Assembly: GCA_945860245.1 (NCBI GenBank) | Contig: CAMAPO010000005.1 | Location: 2,610 to 66,609 of the forward strand | Reading direction: 5' to 3' | Length of the DNA: 64,000 nucleotides | DNA from: Bifidobacterium breve | GTDB lineage: Bacteria; Actinomycetota; Actinomycetes; Nanopelagicales; Nanopelagicaceae | In this document: piece by piece, positions 53,805-64,000 of the stretch | How positions within the stretch are numbered: the first letter of the stretch is position 1 | Layout: the number at the start of each line of letters is the position of its first letter | Notes under the pieces: model-generated | Seen by the model: the letters and a program-made list of their open reading frames with translations, nothing else | Databases searched by the model: none | What the model was told of the DNA's origin: nothing | Position numbers and translations under genes: made by a program

Positions 53805-54691
53805 TAAGAATTTTCTCCCACTTTTGATGATGGAGTATCGACCGGGGAAGTAGTGATCGCTAATCGGATGCGCCACGCTGCGATCCAAACGAGAGTTGCA
53901 CCCAACAGATGCGCAGCCACGAGTATTTCAGGTATTCCCGTGAAGTATTGGATATAACCGATCGCGCCTTGCGCAAGGGCTATAGCGGTAAATATGAGTA
54001 TTCGGCGATGGTGCAATGGATTTGAGCGGGCCGCTACATAAAGTGCGAGAGTAAGTCCAAGAAGAGCAATTACTGCATCAGCATGGAGCACAGCAACAGC
54101 GCGAATATCGAAAGCAAAGCGCTGCGCTTGTTCATCACCGGCATGGGGTCCACTTCCAGTGACCACAGTGCCTAAGATGATAACTATAAATGTTAGCCAG
54201 ATATGAGTTATCGAAAGAATTGCAGTGATTTTATCTGTAGGCTTTACTCGTTGTATTGGGTATTCACGTCGCTCATAAAGTGATGAAGCACCGGCGATTA
54301 AGATAATCGAAAGTAGGAGATGGCCCGCGACAGGCAGCGGATGTAGATCGGTGAGGACGGTAATTCCACCAAGCACTCCTTGCCCTAAAATTCCGAGAAC
54401 TTGTCCAACTGCAAGTAGCCGTAAATCGTTGCGTTTTTTAAATAAGACATGCGCTAATACAGCGAGAGCTACTGCGACTAAAGCAAAGGTGAGTAAACGG
54501 TTTCCAAATTCAATCCACGCGTGCAATTGGCCTTCCGCCTGATAGGGCACCGGTGTGTAAGAACCCGGCGTGCATTCTGGCCAAGTTGGGCAACCGAGCC
54601 CTGAGCCGGTTAGGCGCACCGCGCCTCCAGTGATCACCAACCCCGCCTGTAAGACCAGCAAAACTCCATATAGGCCCCGGCGCAATTTCAT
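53804..54691 (-). CDS. ctaA: Heme A synthase (COX15/CtaA)
   Basis: TGSGLGCPTWPEC, EFGNR, eight TM-like segments with His in VAGHLL, AVLHAD, AAHLLG; TACTCT-N6-ATG promoter at 54698-54703. Confidence 0.88.
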   Translation of the reverse strand: MKLRRGLYGVLLVLQAGLVITGGAVRLTGSGLGCPTWPECTPGSYTPVPYQAEGQLHAWIEFGNRLLTFALVAVALAVLAHVLFKKRNDLRLLAVGQVLGILGQGVLGGITVLTDLHPLPVAGHLLLSIILIAGASSLYERREYPIQRVKPTDKITAILSITHIWLTFIVIILGTVVTGSGPHAGDEQAQRFAFDIRAVAVLHADAVIALLGLTLALYVAARSNPLHHRRILIFTAIALAQGAIGYIQYFTGIPEILVAAHLLGATLVWIAAWRIRLAITTSPVDTPSSKVGENS

Positions 54692-54741
54692 GGGCTAAGA
54701 GTAAGACCTCAAACGCTCGCTCTGAGTGGAAAGTGGGAGCG

Positions 54742-54769
54742 AATTACGACACAATAGTGTTGTGAAATT
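54742..54769. promoter_or_regulatory. Probable SufR operator overlapping the sufR -10 box and start
   Basis: Imperfect inverted repeat ACGACAC-AATA-GTGTTGT flanked by AATT; contains CACAAT-N6-GTG. Confidence 0.6.
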
Positions 54770-55481
54770 AGATGGAGCACCAGTCCTAAAGGGTAGCGAC
54801 GATCCGCGTACGCGCGATGCCGTCGCCCGCTCCATTCTGGAGAACGGACCCTCAACAGCTGCCGCACTTGGCCAACGTTTAGGTTTAACTCCGGCAGGTA
54901 TTCGCCGCCACTTAGACCTTCTTACCGCCGATGGAATCTTGGAGGCGCGCGAACCACGTATCTCATCAACGCGCGGTCGCGGTAGACCTTCCAAGGTATT
55001 TGTGATGACTGATGATGGCCGTGAAAAATTTGAACATTCTTACGATGACCTCGCAGTCGCAGCGCTCAAGTTTATGGCAGCACAATCTGGAGATCATTTA
55101 GTAACTGCTTTTGCCAAATCTCGCGCCGATGATATTGAACGTAAGGGAGCGATTGCAATTGCGAAGAGTGCAAATAAATCGAGCGCTTTAGCATCTTTCT
55201 TAACTGAACAGGGCTATGCCGCAAGTGTTGAGGTGCGTGCAACCGGTGAAGAGATCTGTCAACACCATTGCCCAATCGCACACGTCGCCTCTGAATTTCC
55301 CCAACTCTGCGAAGCAGAGACCGAAGCCTTCTCTAAATTGCTCGGTACACATGTTCAACGTTTAGCCACTATCGCCCACGGTGATGGTGTTTGCACCACA
55401 TATATCCCAAATATCAATCCCATCATCAATCCAAAAATCCAAAGAAATGAACCACTAACAGCCGGAAAGGCGCGGTCATGA
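54762..55481 (+). CDS. sufR: Fe-S cluster regulator SufR (HTH)
   Basis: wHTH GIRRHL..RGRP; C-terminal CQHHCP, QLC, GDGVCT; heads suf operon; start placed at GTG 54762. Confidence 0.88.
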   Translation: MKLDGAPVLKGSDDPRTRDAVARSILENGPSTAAALGQRLGLTPAGIRRHLDLLTADGILEAREPRISSTRGRGRPSKVFVMTDDGREKFEHSYDDLAVAALKFMAAQSGDHLVTAFAKSRADDIERKGAIAIAKSANKSSALASFLTEQGYAASVEVRATGEEICQHHCPIAHVASEFPQLCEAETEAFSKLLGTHVQRLATIAHGDGVCTTYIPNINPIINPKIQRNEPLTAGKARS

Positions 55482-56887
55482 CAACTGCACATCCAGAACT
55501 CGACGGACTCGGAAATTACGAATACGGCTGGTCCGACGGTAACGATGCTGGCGCTAATTCAAGACGCGGCATCAATGACGAAGTCGTGCGCGACATCTCT
55601 TCCAAAAAGAGTGAGCCACAGTGGATGTTAGATATGCGCTTGAAAGGTCTATCACTATTTGAGAAGAAGCCGATGCCGTCATGGGGATCTGATCTCTCAG
55701 GAATTTTCTTCGACACTATTAAATACTTCGTGCGCTCGACCGAGAAGCAGGCAGCTACTTGGGATGATCTGCCAGAGGAGATCAAAAATACCTATGATCG
55801 CTTAGGTATTCCAGAAGCGGAGAAGCAACGCCTAGTCTCTGGTGTGGCGGCGCAATATGAATCAGAAGTTGTTTATCACTCAATCCGCGAAGACCTGGAA
55901 AAACAGGGCGTTATCTTCCTTGATACCGATAGTGGTTTAAAGCAGCACCCAGAACTCTTTAAAGAGTACTTTGCCTCAGTTATCCCAGTCGGTGACAATA
56001 AGTTTGCCGCGCTAAATACCGCTGCGTGGTCAGGTGGTTCATTTATCTATGTCCCTAAAGGCGTTCACGTAGATATTCCGTTGCAGGCATATTTCCGTAT
56101 TAACACTGAAAATATGGGGCAATTCGAACGTACCCTGATCATCGCTGATGAAGATTCTTACATTCACTATGTAGAAGGTTGCACTGCGCCAATTTACAAA
56201 TCTGATTCATTGCACTCAGCTGTTGTTGAAATCATTGTTAAGAAAGGCGCACGAGTTCGTTACACCACTATTCAAAACTGGTCCAACAACGTTTACAACT
56301 TGGTTACTAAGCGCGCCACTTGCGCTGAAGGTGCAACTATGGAATGGGTAGATGGAAATATTGGCTCAAAGGTCACTATGAAGTACCCAGCTGTTATGTT
56401 GATGGGCCCACATGCAAAAGGTGAGACTCTTTCTCTTGCTTTCGCCGGACCTGGCCAACATCAAGACTCTGGCGCGAAGATGGTGCACGCTGCTCCTTAC
56501 ACTTCATCGACTGTTATCTCAAAGTCGGTTGCTCGTGGCGGTGGACGTACCTCATACCGCGGACTTGTCCAAGTACAAGAAGGAGCGCACCATTCCAAGA
56601 GCACAGTTAAATGCGATGCGCTCTTGGTCGACACAATTTCTCGCTCTGATACCTATCCATATGTAGATATTCGCGAAGATGATGTTTCAATGGGTCACGA
56701 AGCAACAGTTTCTAAGATCAGCGATGATCAACTCTTCTACTTAATGTCTCGTGGCTTAACTGAAGATGAAGCGATGGCGATGATTGTTCGTGGCTTTATT
56801 GAACCTATTGCACGCGAACTTCCAATGGAATATGCCCTTGAGCTAAACCGCCTCATCGAGCTGCAAATGGAAGGCGCTGTTGGTTAA
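55478..56887 (+). CDS. sufB: Fe-S assembly protein SufB
   Basis: [38 protein letters not shown]; no intein. Confidence 0.98.
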   Translation: MTTAHPELDGLGNYEYGWSDGNDAGANSRRGINDEVVRDISSKKSEPQWMLDMRLKGLSLFEKKPMPSWGSDLSGIFFDTIKYFVRSTEKQAATWDDLPEEIKNTYDRLGIPEAEKQRLVSGVAAQYESEVVYHSIREDLEKQGVIFLDTDSGLKQHPELFKEYFASVIPVGDNKFAALNTAAWSGGSFIYVPKGVHVDIPLQAYFRINTENMGQFERTLIIADEDSYIHYVEGCTAPIYKSDSLHSAVVEIIVKKGARVRYTTIQNWSNNVYNLVTKRATCAEGATMEWVDGNIGSKVTMKYPAVMLMGPHAKGETLSLAFAGPGQHQDSGAKMVHAAPYTSSTVISKSVARGGGRTSYRGLVQVQEGAHHSKSTVKCDALLVDTISRSDTYPYVDIREDDVSMGHEATVSKISDDQLFYLMSRGLTEDEAMAMIVRGFIEPIARELPMEYALELNRLIELQMEGAVG

Positions 56888-57978
56888 TGACAACCCTCAC
56901 CACCAATTACTTAACACCAACTGGACGCGAAGAAGCCTGGCGTTTTACACCACTTAAACGCCTAGGTGGACTTCACGATGGCACTGCAGTAGTTGCAGAT
57001 CGCCATTCTTTAACACTTACTTCTGCTCCGGTTGCGGGTGTTTCATTCGCACTGCTTTCAGCTCTGGATACAAGTCCGATCTCAGAGAGCGATGATGTGA
57101 TCGTCGCGCGTATCCGTGATTTCGCGCAAGAGGTCTCAGTATTAACCATTGCGGCAAATACCGAAGTTGCACAACCAATCTTTCTAAAGCGCACGCCAGG
57201 AGCGCTAGATAGCGCAGAATTTTCACGCGTGTTAATTCGGGTCGAAAACCATGCTCGCGTAACTGTGATCATCGAGAATTCAGGTGATACTCATTTGGCT
57301 GAAGACTTGGAAATTTCGGTAGCGCCAGGTGCCAGCCTAACCTTGGTTTCACTACAAGAGTGGGGCAGCAAGAGTATTCACGCCGGTCGCCAACATGCCG
57401 TTGTTGATCGCGATGCAACCTTCAAATCGATTGTTGTGACTATCGGTGGATCACTCGTGCGTCTTTTGCCTACTGTTGAGTTTGCCGCACCTGGTGCTTC
57501 GTGCGAATTGCTAGGCGTTTACTTTGCAACATCTGGACAATTCTTTGAACACCGGATGTTCGTTGATCATAAAGTTCCAAACGCTAAATCGCGCGTAAAT
57601 TACAAGGGTGCACTGGCCGGAGACCAAGCACACACCGTTTGGATCGGTGATGTATTCATCCGTGCCGCGGCTGAAGGTACTGATACCTACGAGTTAAATC
57701 GCAACTTGCTTTTATCCGATGGAGCACGGGCCGACTCAGTTCCGAACCTAGAGATTGAAACTGGTGAAATCGTTGGTGCAGGTCACGCCAGCACAACTGG
57801 AAGATTTGATGATGAGCAACTATTTTATTTGATGTCTCGCGGAATTACTTTGGCTGATGCTAGACGCTTAGTTGTTCGAGGATTCTTTAACGAAATCATT
57901 TCTGAAATTGGCGATGAAGAGATTCAAACACGCCTGATGGATCGTATTGATTCTGAGCTTGCTAAGGCAGGTGCTTAA
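56887..57978 (+). CDS. sufD: Fe-S assembly protein SufD
   Basis: EEAWRFTP, NRNLLLS, VPNLEIE, AGHASTTG, FYLMSRGI. Confidence 0.95.
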   Translation: MTTLTTNYLTPTGREEAWRFTPLKRLGGLHDGTAVVADRHSLTLTSAPVAGVSFALLSALDTSPISESDDVIVARIRDFAQEVSVLTIAANTEVAQPIFLKRTPGALDSAEFSRVLIRVENHARVTVIIENSGDTHLAEDLEISVAPGASLTLVSLQEWGSKSIHAGRQHAVVDRDATFKSIVVTIGGSLVRLLPTVEFAAPGASCELLGVYFATSGQFFEHRMFVDHKVPNAKSRVNYKGALAGDQAHTVWIGDVFIRAAAEGTDTYELNRNLLLSDGARADSVPNLEIETGEIVGAGHASTTGRFDDEQLFYLMSRGITLADARRLVVRGFFNEIISEIGDEEIQTRLMDRIDSELAKAGA

Positions 57979-58274
57979 TGAGTGATCTATCATTTGCTTC
58001 GCTCGCTGCCGGCAATCCAGTCAAAATCGAAAAGAATGGCCGCACAATTTGTGTGGCACGAGTTGGCGATCAGGTATTCGCAATTGACGATACTTGTTCA
58101 CATTCTGATGCATCGCTTTCTGAGGGCGAAATTCTTGATTTCAAAATTGAATGTTGGTTACACGGCGCTGAATTCGATTTACGTACAGGGGAAGCGCTTA
58201 CGCCTCCCGCAGTGGCACCCATAAAAGTTTATCCAGTAATCGTTGACGGAGACTCCGTCACGGTAGAAGCGTAG
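57978..58274 (+). CDS. Rieske-type [2Fe-2S] ferredoxin
   Basis: CSH..CWLH Rieske ligands, FDLRTG. Confidence 0.92.
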   Translation: MSDLSFASLAAGNPVKIEKNGRTICVARVGDQVFAIDDTCSHSDASLSEGEILDFKIECWLHGAEFDLRTGEALTPPAVAPIKVYPVIVDGDSVTVEA

Positions 58275-58286
58275 TGAGGTAGTTTG

Positions 58287-59039
58287 ATGAGTACATTAGA
58301 AATTCGCGGGTTGAAGGTCTCTGTTGATACTGAAAATGGTCCAATAGAAATTCTCAAAGGCGTCGACCTCACAATTAAATCTGGTGAAACCCACGCGATC
58401 ATGGGGCCAAATGGCTCAGGCAAATCAACTCTGGCTTACTCAATTGCAGGACATCCCAAGTACAACATCACTGGTGGAACTGTAACTTTAGATGGCGCCG
58501 ATGTTCTCGAAATGACAGTTGATGAGCGCGCAAAGGCGGGGATCTTCTTGGCGATGCAATACCCAGTTGAAGTTCCTGGCGTTTCTGTTTCAAATTTCTT
58601 ACGTACCGCTGTAACAGCGTTACGTGGAGAAGCACCTAAGTTACGCACCTGGGTTGGCGATGTTAAAGCAGCGATGGAAGCGCTCAGCATTGATCCATCT
58701 TTTGCACAACGCAATGTCAATGAAGGCTTTTCTGGTGGAGAGAAGAAGCGTCACGAAATTATGCAGTTAGAACTACTCAAACCAAAGATCGCGATTCTCG
58801 ATGAAACCGACTCTGGTCTTGATGTTGATGCCTTACGCATTGTTTCTGAAGGTGTAAATCGCGCTAAGGCCAATGATGCTATCGGCGTTGTTTTGATTAC
58901 TCACTACACCCGCATTCTGCGTTACATCAAACCTGATTTCGTACACGTCTTTGCCAATGGCAAGATCGTTGAAGAAGGTGGCCCAGAGCTAGCCGATAAG
59001 TTGGAAGCTAATGGTTATGCGGAGTACGTCACAGCGTAA
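58287..59039 (+). CDS. sufC: Fe-S assembly ATPase SufC
   Basis: GPNGSGKS, FLAMQYP, NEGFSGGEKKR, LDETDSGLD; ATG 58287 after GAGG. Confidence 0.97.
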   Translation: MSTLEIRGLKVSVDTENGPIEILKGVDLTIKSGETHAIMGPNGSGKSTLAYSIAGHPKYNITGGTVTLDGADVLEMTVDERAKAGIFLAMQYPVEVPGVSVSNFLRTAVTALRGEAPKLRTWVGDVKAAMEALSIDPSFAQRNVNEGFSGGEKKRHEIMQLELLKPKIAILDETDSGLDVDALRIVSEGVNRAKANDAIGVVLITHYTRILRYIKPDFVHVFANGKIVEEGGPELADKLEANGYAEYVTA

Positions 59040-59045
59040 TTTGCC

Positions 59046-60290
59046 ATGACCTTTGACCCGCTAGTTATTCGCAAGGATTTTCCGATCTTTGATAGGAAGA
59101 TTCGCGACGGAAAACGGTTGGTCTACCTCGACAGTGGGGCAACGAGCCAGAAACCATCAGTTGTAATTGACGCTGAGTCAAATTTCTATCGAAACCACAA
59201 CGCCGCTGCGCACCGTGGGGCACATCAATTGGCTGAGGAAGCAACAGAGGCGCTTGAATCGGCGCGCAGCGTTGTCGCCGACTTTCTAGGTGGAGCAACC
59301 GATGAAATTGTATTTACTAAGCATTCAACTGAAGCGTTGAATCTGCTCGCTTACTCAATCGGTGATTCACCAGCGGGCAATGTTTTTCATCTAAAGGCCG
59401 GCGATGAAGTCGTCGTCTCTGAGATGGAACATCACGCTAATTTAATCCCTTGGCAGCAGCTTGCGAAACGTACTGGTGCTGTACTCAAATGGTTTGAAGT
59501 CACCCCAGATGGCCGTTTAGACCTCTCAGATATTGAAAGTGTGATCACAAGTCGCACCAAGATTGTTGCGCTAACTCACCAATCAAATGTGCTTGGCACA
59601 ATCAATCCGTTGGCTGAGTTAGTCAAGCGCACCCACGATGTTGGGGCGATCTTCATTTTAGATGCCTGTCAATCTGTGCCACATATGCCAGTAAGCGTTG
59701 CCGCACTCGATATCGATTTCTTAGTCTTCTCTGGACATAAATCGGTAGGACCCACGGGTGTTGGCGTTCTGTGGGGTCGCGCAAGTCTGCTAGCCGAGCT
59801 CCCACCATTTCTATTTGGTGGTTCAATGATTGAAAACGTGACGATGCTAGATGCAACCTGGGCACCTGCTCCACGTAAATTTGAACCAGGTGTACCAAAT
59901 ATGGCCCAAATAGTTGGCTTAGGTGTGGCGTTAAATTACCTAACCAAGATTGGAATGCAGGAAATTCATAACCATGAGAACACGATTACAAAGTATGCGA
60001 TCTCTAAGCTGCGAGAGATTGAAAAACTTAAAATAATTGGCCCAACCGATATGAAGTTACGTGGGGGAGCGGTCTCATTTACCTTGGGAGAAATTCATCC
60101 CCACGATTTAGGACAGTTCTTAGATAACTCGGGCATTGCTGTGCGAACCGGGCATCACTGCGCTTGGCCACTTACCCGCAAGATGGGTGTCGCCGCAACC
60201 ACGCGCGCATCTTTCTATCTCTACAACACTTTGGAAGATATCGACGATCTTGCTGATGGCGTGCGTGATGCGCAGAAATACTTCGCCTAA
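59046..60290 (+). CDS. sufS: Cysteine desulfurase SufS
   Basis: YLDSGATSQKP, EHHANL, FSGHK, RTGHHCA. Confidence 0.96.
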   Translation: MTFDPLVIRKDFPIFDRKIRDGKRLVYLDSGATSQKPSVVIDAESNFYRNHNAAAHRGAHQLAEEATEALESARSVVADFLGGATDEIVFTKHSTEALNLLAYSIGDSPAGNVFHLKAGDEVVVSEMEHHANLIPWQQLAKRTGAVLKWFEVTPDGRLDLSDIESVITSRTKIVALTHQSNVLGTINPLAELVKRTHDVGAIFILDACQSVPHMPVSVAALDIDFLVFSGHKSVGPTGVGVLWGRASLLAELPPFLFGGSMIENVTMLDATWAPAPRKFEPGVPNMAQIVGLGVALNYLTKIGMQEIHNHENTITKYAISKLREIEKLKIIGPTDMKLRGGAVSFTLGEIHPHDLGQFLDNSGIAVRTGHHCAWPLTRKMGVAATTRASFYLYNTLEDIDDLADGVRDAQKYFA

Positions 60291-60739
60291 TGCAATTAGA
60301 TAACCTTTATCAAGAGGTGATTTTAGATCACTATAAGCACCCACAAAATAAGAAATTGTCACCGGTTTTCGATGCACAGGTCCATCACGTCAATCCTTCT
60401 TGTGGAGATGAAATCGACTTAAACCTGACGATCAACGATGGTGTTATTTCAAATATTTCTTGGGATGGTGTGGGTTGCTCAATCTCACAAGCCAGCGTTT
60501 CAATTCTTACTGAGTTATTGATCGGTAAGAAGATCGCTGATGCGTATTCTATCCTTGATCAATTTGTTGCACTTATGCAGAGTAAAGGGGCAGTGCCTGG
60601 CGACGAATACGTCTTGGAAGATGCCATTGCTCTGGCTGGGGTTTCCAAATATCCCGCACGAATAAAATGTGCGCTTTTAGGCTGGATGGCTTTTAAAGAT
60701 GCCAGTGTTCAAGCACAAGCAAAATCTAAACTAGACTAA
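60290..60739 (+). CDS. sufU: SufU scaffold/sulfur-transfer protein
   Basis: YQEVILDH, NPSCGD, GCSISQAS, RIKCALLGW. Confidence 0.95.
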   Translation: MQLDNLYQEVILDHYKHPQNKKLSPVFDAQVHHVNPSCGDEIDLNLTINDGVISNISWDGVGCSISQASVSILTELLIGKKIADAYSILDQFVALMQSKGAVPGDEYVLEDAIALAGVSKYPARIKCALLGWMAFKDASVQAQAKSKLD

Positions 60740-60761
60740 TAAATCGAAGAGGGGATAAATT

Positions 60762-61073
60762 ATGGTTGCTGCAGTTGATGATGTAACAGAGGCGATGAAG
60801 GATGTAGTTGATCCTGAACTCGGCATTAATGTGGTTGATCTTGGATTGATCTACGATGTAATGGTCGATGATAATAATATTGCTGTACTAAATATGACCC
60901 TGACATCTGCCGCTTGCCCGCTACAAGATGTAATTGAGGATCAGACACGTCAGGCTTTGGCACCTCTGACTGCAGATGTGAAGATCAATTGGGTGTGGAT
61001 GCCACCTTGGGGTCCAGATAAGATCAGTGATGATGGGCGTGAACAGTTACGCGCGCTAGGTTTCACAGTCTAA
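60762..61073 (+). CDS. sufT: SufT/DUF59 Fe-S maturation protein
   Basis: DPELGINVVDLGLIY, TLTSAACP, WMPPW. Confidence 0.92.
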   Translation: MVAAVDDVTEAMKDVVDPELGINVVDLGLIYDVMVDDNNIAVLNMTLTSAACPLQDVIEDQTRQALAPLTADVKINWVWMPPWGPDKISDDGREQLRALGFTV

Positions 61074-61104
61074 GTTTCTCTAACGCTACGGATCGGGGTC
61101 GCAA

Positions 61105-62973
61105 GTGTCCATGCACTCTGGCTGGATGGCACTTAGGACTTTAAGCTCTGATCAATCTGTAAAAAATGTAAAGCTGCGCCCCGGAACTTTAAAAAGGATT
61201 TTCTCTTACGCTGATCCATATAAATCAACTTTCGTACTCTTTCTTTTCTGTTTAGTTGCAGATGCCGTATTAACGGTTGCAACACCTCTGTTGCTTCGTG
61301 ATCTTATAGATCAGGGTGTAATCCCCAAAGATCGGACCGTAGTGACAACCATGGCGATCGCAGTCGCGGTATTGGCGATATTGACGGCAGTGATAAATAT
61401 TGTAATCCGCTGGATTTCAGCGAAGATCGGTGAAGGTTTAATTTATGATCTTCGATCACAAGTCTTTCGCCACGTGCAAGAACAATCCATCGCTTTTTTT
61501 ACCCGCACCCAAACCGGTGCGTTGATTTCTCGTATAAATTCCGATGTTATCGGCGCGCAGAGAGCCTTTACCTCCACATTCTCAGGTTTAATTAGCAATG
61601 TTCTTACTTTGATATTAGTGGTGGGAACTATGTTGGCGCTTAGCTGGCAGATAACGATCGCCTCACTCCTCTTACTGCCTGTTTTCCTGGCTCCAACTAA
61701 GTGGATCGGTGCACGCCTGCAAGGCTATACCCGTGATTCTTTTGAGATAAATGCTGAAATGTCTTCGACTATGACGGAACGCTTTAATGTATCTGGTGCA
61801 CTTCTTGTGAAGTTATACGGTGATTTAGATCAAGAGTCGCAGGTCTTTAAGAAGAAGGCGCGCAAAGTCGCAGATATTGGTATCTCAATGGCGATGCTAA
61901 ATACCTTTTTCTTTATCGCGTTGATCAGCATCGCCGCTCTTGCAACTGCTATCGCTTACGGCATTGGTGGCCAATTAGCCATTGATGGTGCGATCACCGT
62001 CGGAAGCCTTATCGCCATAACAACGCTCTTGGCGCGCTTATATGGACCGTTAGTCGCCCTGGCGACAGTTCGCGTTGATGTGATGGGAGCGCTCGTATCA
62101 TTCGAACGAGTCTTCGAAGTGCTCGATCTTGAACCAATGGTTCAAGAAAAACCTAACGCACAAATATTGAAGAGCAGAACACCGGCAATTGAATTCGATA
62201 ATGTGCGTTTCACTTATCCAAATGCACAACAGATTTCACTGGCATCACTTGAAGCCGCCTCCCTTCCAGAGGTTCGCGATAGCGAGGAGATTCTTAAGGG
62301 GATCTCTTTCTCAGCGCTACCTGGCACAGTGACCGCTCTAGTTGGACCATCAGGAGCCGGCAAGACAACGATCGGAGCGCTCCTGCCTCGTCTCTACGAT
62401 GTAACTTCTGGTGCGATAAAGATTGAGGGCTATGATCTGCGAGATTTAACTTTGACATCACTGCGTGATTCCATCGGCGTCGTTATGCAAGATTCACATC
62501 TATTTCACGACACGATTACTGCAAATTTACGGTATGCAAAGTCAGATGCCACACTTGATGAGATGAAAGCAGCTTGTCAATCTGCACAAATCTGGGATTT
62601 GATTACATCGCTCCCGAACGGCTTAGAGACAATGGTTGGAGAGCGCGGTCATCGACTCTCTGGTGGAGAGAAGCAACGTTTAGCGATCGCTAGGTTGCTC
62701 TTAAAGTCACCGAGCATTGTGATTTTAGATGAGGCAACTGCGCATTTAGATTCCGAGAATGAAGAGTTGGTGCAGAACGCTTTGGCCAGTGCTTTGCGGG
62801 GTCGTACCAGTATCGTCATTGCTCACCGCCTAAGCACTGTGATGAGCGCGGATCAGATAATTGTTTTAGAAAATGGTGTGATCCGCGAGCGCGGCAAACA
62901 TGAAGAGTTGGTACTTGCCGGAGGGCTTTATTCAGAGCTCTTTGCGCGTCAAGATCTGACCACGTCTAATTAA
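61105..62973 (+). CDS. Fused ABC exporter (TMD + ATPase)
   Basis: TM domain, GPSGAGKT, LSGGEKQRLAIAR, LDEATAHLD, IAHRLST. Confidence 0.93.
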   Translation: MSMHSGWMALRTLSSDQSVKNVKLRPGTLKRIFSYADPYKSTFVLFLFCLVADAVLTVATPLLLRDLIDQGVIPKDRTVVTTMAIAVAVLAILTAVINIVIRWISAKIGEGLIYDLRSQVFRHVQEQSIAFFTRTQTGALISRINSDVIGAQRAFTSTFSGLISNVLTLILVVGTMLALSWQITIASLLLLPVFLAPTKWIGARLQGYTRDSFEINAEMSSTMTERFNVSGALLVKLYGDLDQESQVFKKKARKVADIGISMAMLNTFFFIALISIAALATAIAYGIGGQLAIDGAITVGSLIAITTLLARLYGPLVALATVRVDVMGALVSFERVFEVLDLEPMVQEKPNAQILKSRTPAIEFDNVRFTYPNAQQISLASLEAASLPEVRDSEEILKGISFSALPGTVTALVGPSGAGKTTIGALLPRLYDVTSGAIKIEGYDLRDLTLTSLRDSIGVVMQDSHLFHDTITANLRYAKSDATLDEMKAACQSAQIWDLITSLPNGLETMVGERGHRLSGGEKQRLAIARLLLKSPSIVILDEATAHLDSENEELVQNALASALRGRTSIVIAHRLSTVMSADQIIVLENGVIRERGKHEELVLAGGLYSELFARQDLTTSN

Positions 62974-63672
62974 AATTCGTCCGTAGATAAATAGGCCGGC
63001 AAAGAAGACCCACTGCAGGGAATAAGCTAAGTGTGGTCCATCGCTAAGTTCGGGTAGTTGCGCTGGCGCACTCGGTGTTAAAGAAATATCTGAACCGCTG
63101 ATGAGATCTAGATAGAAACCTTCGCTTGCAAAACCAGTTTGGGCATTTAGCTTTGAAATCATTCCGGCACCCGATGAAGGGAGAGCAAAGAAAGCCCCAA
63201 CCGGTAAAGATCTATCGAGCCTTACTCTGCCGACAATTGAAACTTTTCCCTCTGGCGCGGTAGATATTACGGGGGCGGTTAAGGCGTCTTTACCGGCCTT
63301 AACCCAGCCGCGATCTACCCAGATAAATCTGCCATCTGAGAGCGTAAATCTCGTTAGTACCTCATAGCCATAAACACCTTCAAAGTATCGATTCTTCAAA
63401 AGAATTTGTTGATCAGATTTGAATGAACCCGAGGCGCTTACTGTTCGCCATTCAAAGGATGCAATTTGTACGCCTTCATTAGATCTAATTTTTTCAATCT
63501 CTAGAGCGGGCAATGTCAGTTGTGATTCGATCATTGCATTTCGATCCTGTCGATCGATGCCACGCTGGAATTGCCATTGCGCAGCCCAGATGCAGAGTGC
63601 GACCAACAGCAAAGCAATTAGTGATTTTAAAATGGCCAGCGGCTCACGAACCCTATCTGGCTTACTAGACAT
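62932..63672 (-). CDS. SURF1-family cytochrome oxidase assembly protein
   Basis: WQFQR, LKNR..GYEVLT, VDRGWV, HLAYSLQW; TAGACT-N6-ATG promoter at 63679-63684. Confidence 0.9.
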   Translation of the reverse strand: MSSKPDRVREPLAILKSLIALLLVALCIWAAQWQFQRGIDRQDRNAMIESQLTLPALEIEKIRSNEGVQIASFEWRTVSASGSFKSDQQILLKNRYFEGVYGYEVLTRFTLSDGRFIWVDRGWVKAGKDALTAPVISTAPEGKVSIVGRVRLDRSLPVGAFFALPSSGAGMISKLNAQTGFASEGFYLDLISGSDISLTPSAPAQLPELSDGPHLAYSLQWVFFAGLFIYGRILIRRGQILTRKEL

Positions 63673-63695
63673 GCCGGCAGTCTAGCGAATGGCGA

Positions 63696-63998
63696 TTACT
63701 CTAAAGACTTTGCCTTATCGCTAACCAATGATTCCCCTGGTGCAAAACTTTCGCGCCCGGCATTGGCCACAACTACTGCGATGTAAGGCAGAGTGACCGC
63801 TCCAAGTAAAGCAAACCAGCGATAAGGGCTCGGTAAAATGACGGTGAGCAAGAAGCAAGCGGTTCGAATCATCATTGAAATGAAGTAACGACGTTGTCGA
63901 CCGGCTTGATCGCGAGTAAGGGAAGCGGGAGCGGCGGTGATGTCATAGACAGGTGCCGTAGCCTTTTTTCTCTGCTTCTTACTAAAGATGCTCGCCAT
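63696..63998 (-). CDS. DUF3099-family small membrane protein
   Basis: RRYFISMMIRTACF..LPYIAVVVANAG; usual neighbour of SURF1 in Actinobacteria. Confidence 0.8.
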   Translation of the reverse strand: MASIFSKKQRKKATAPVYDITAAPASLTRDQAGRQRRYFISMMIRTACFLLTVILPSPYRWFALLGAVTLPYIAVVVANAGRESFAPGESLVSDKAKSLE

Positions 63999-64000
63999 GA

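Overview
Very compact core-genome segment of an actinobacterium. Gene order, RbpA/WhiA/PdtaR/SufR content, tiny intergenic gaps and moderate GC fit a streamlined freshwater acI (Nanopelagicales, Planktophila-like) genome; this assignment is an inference. Contents in order: rluD (partial), dnaE, his operon (hisD-C-B-H-priA-hisF-hisI), trpE, an unannotated 57-aa membrane protein, trpC-B-A, MauE/DoxX-like protein, DsbA, lgt, VIT1/CCC1, gltBD, pyk, short-variable-arm tRNA-Leu(CAA), ANTAR regulator, liv ABC transporter, hotdog thioesterase, polA, MFS, rpsA, coaE, uvrB-uvrA-uvrC, rapZ-yvcK-whiA, gap-pgk-tpiA, secG, rbpA, ctaA-tkt-pgi (minus strand), suf operon, ABC exporter, SURF1, DUF3099. I found no mobile element, prophage, CRISPR array, intein or accessory island, and no convincing new multi-gene system. 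The best leads are small-scale: a miniaturised trp-region protein missed by the ORF track, structured leaders upstream of gltB, livK and gap, stop codons doubling as -10 boxes of leaderless promoters, a tRNA abutting the ANTAR start codon, a Cys-free non-lipoprotein binding protein, and a MauE-DsbA redox pair. All RNA structures were paired by eye, not computed.
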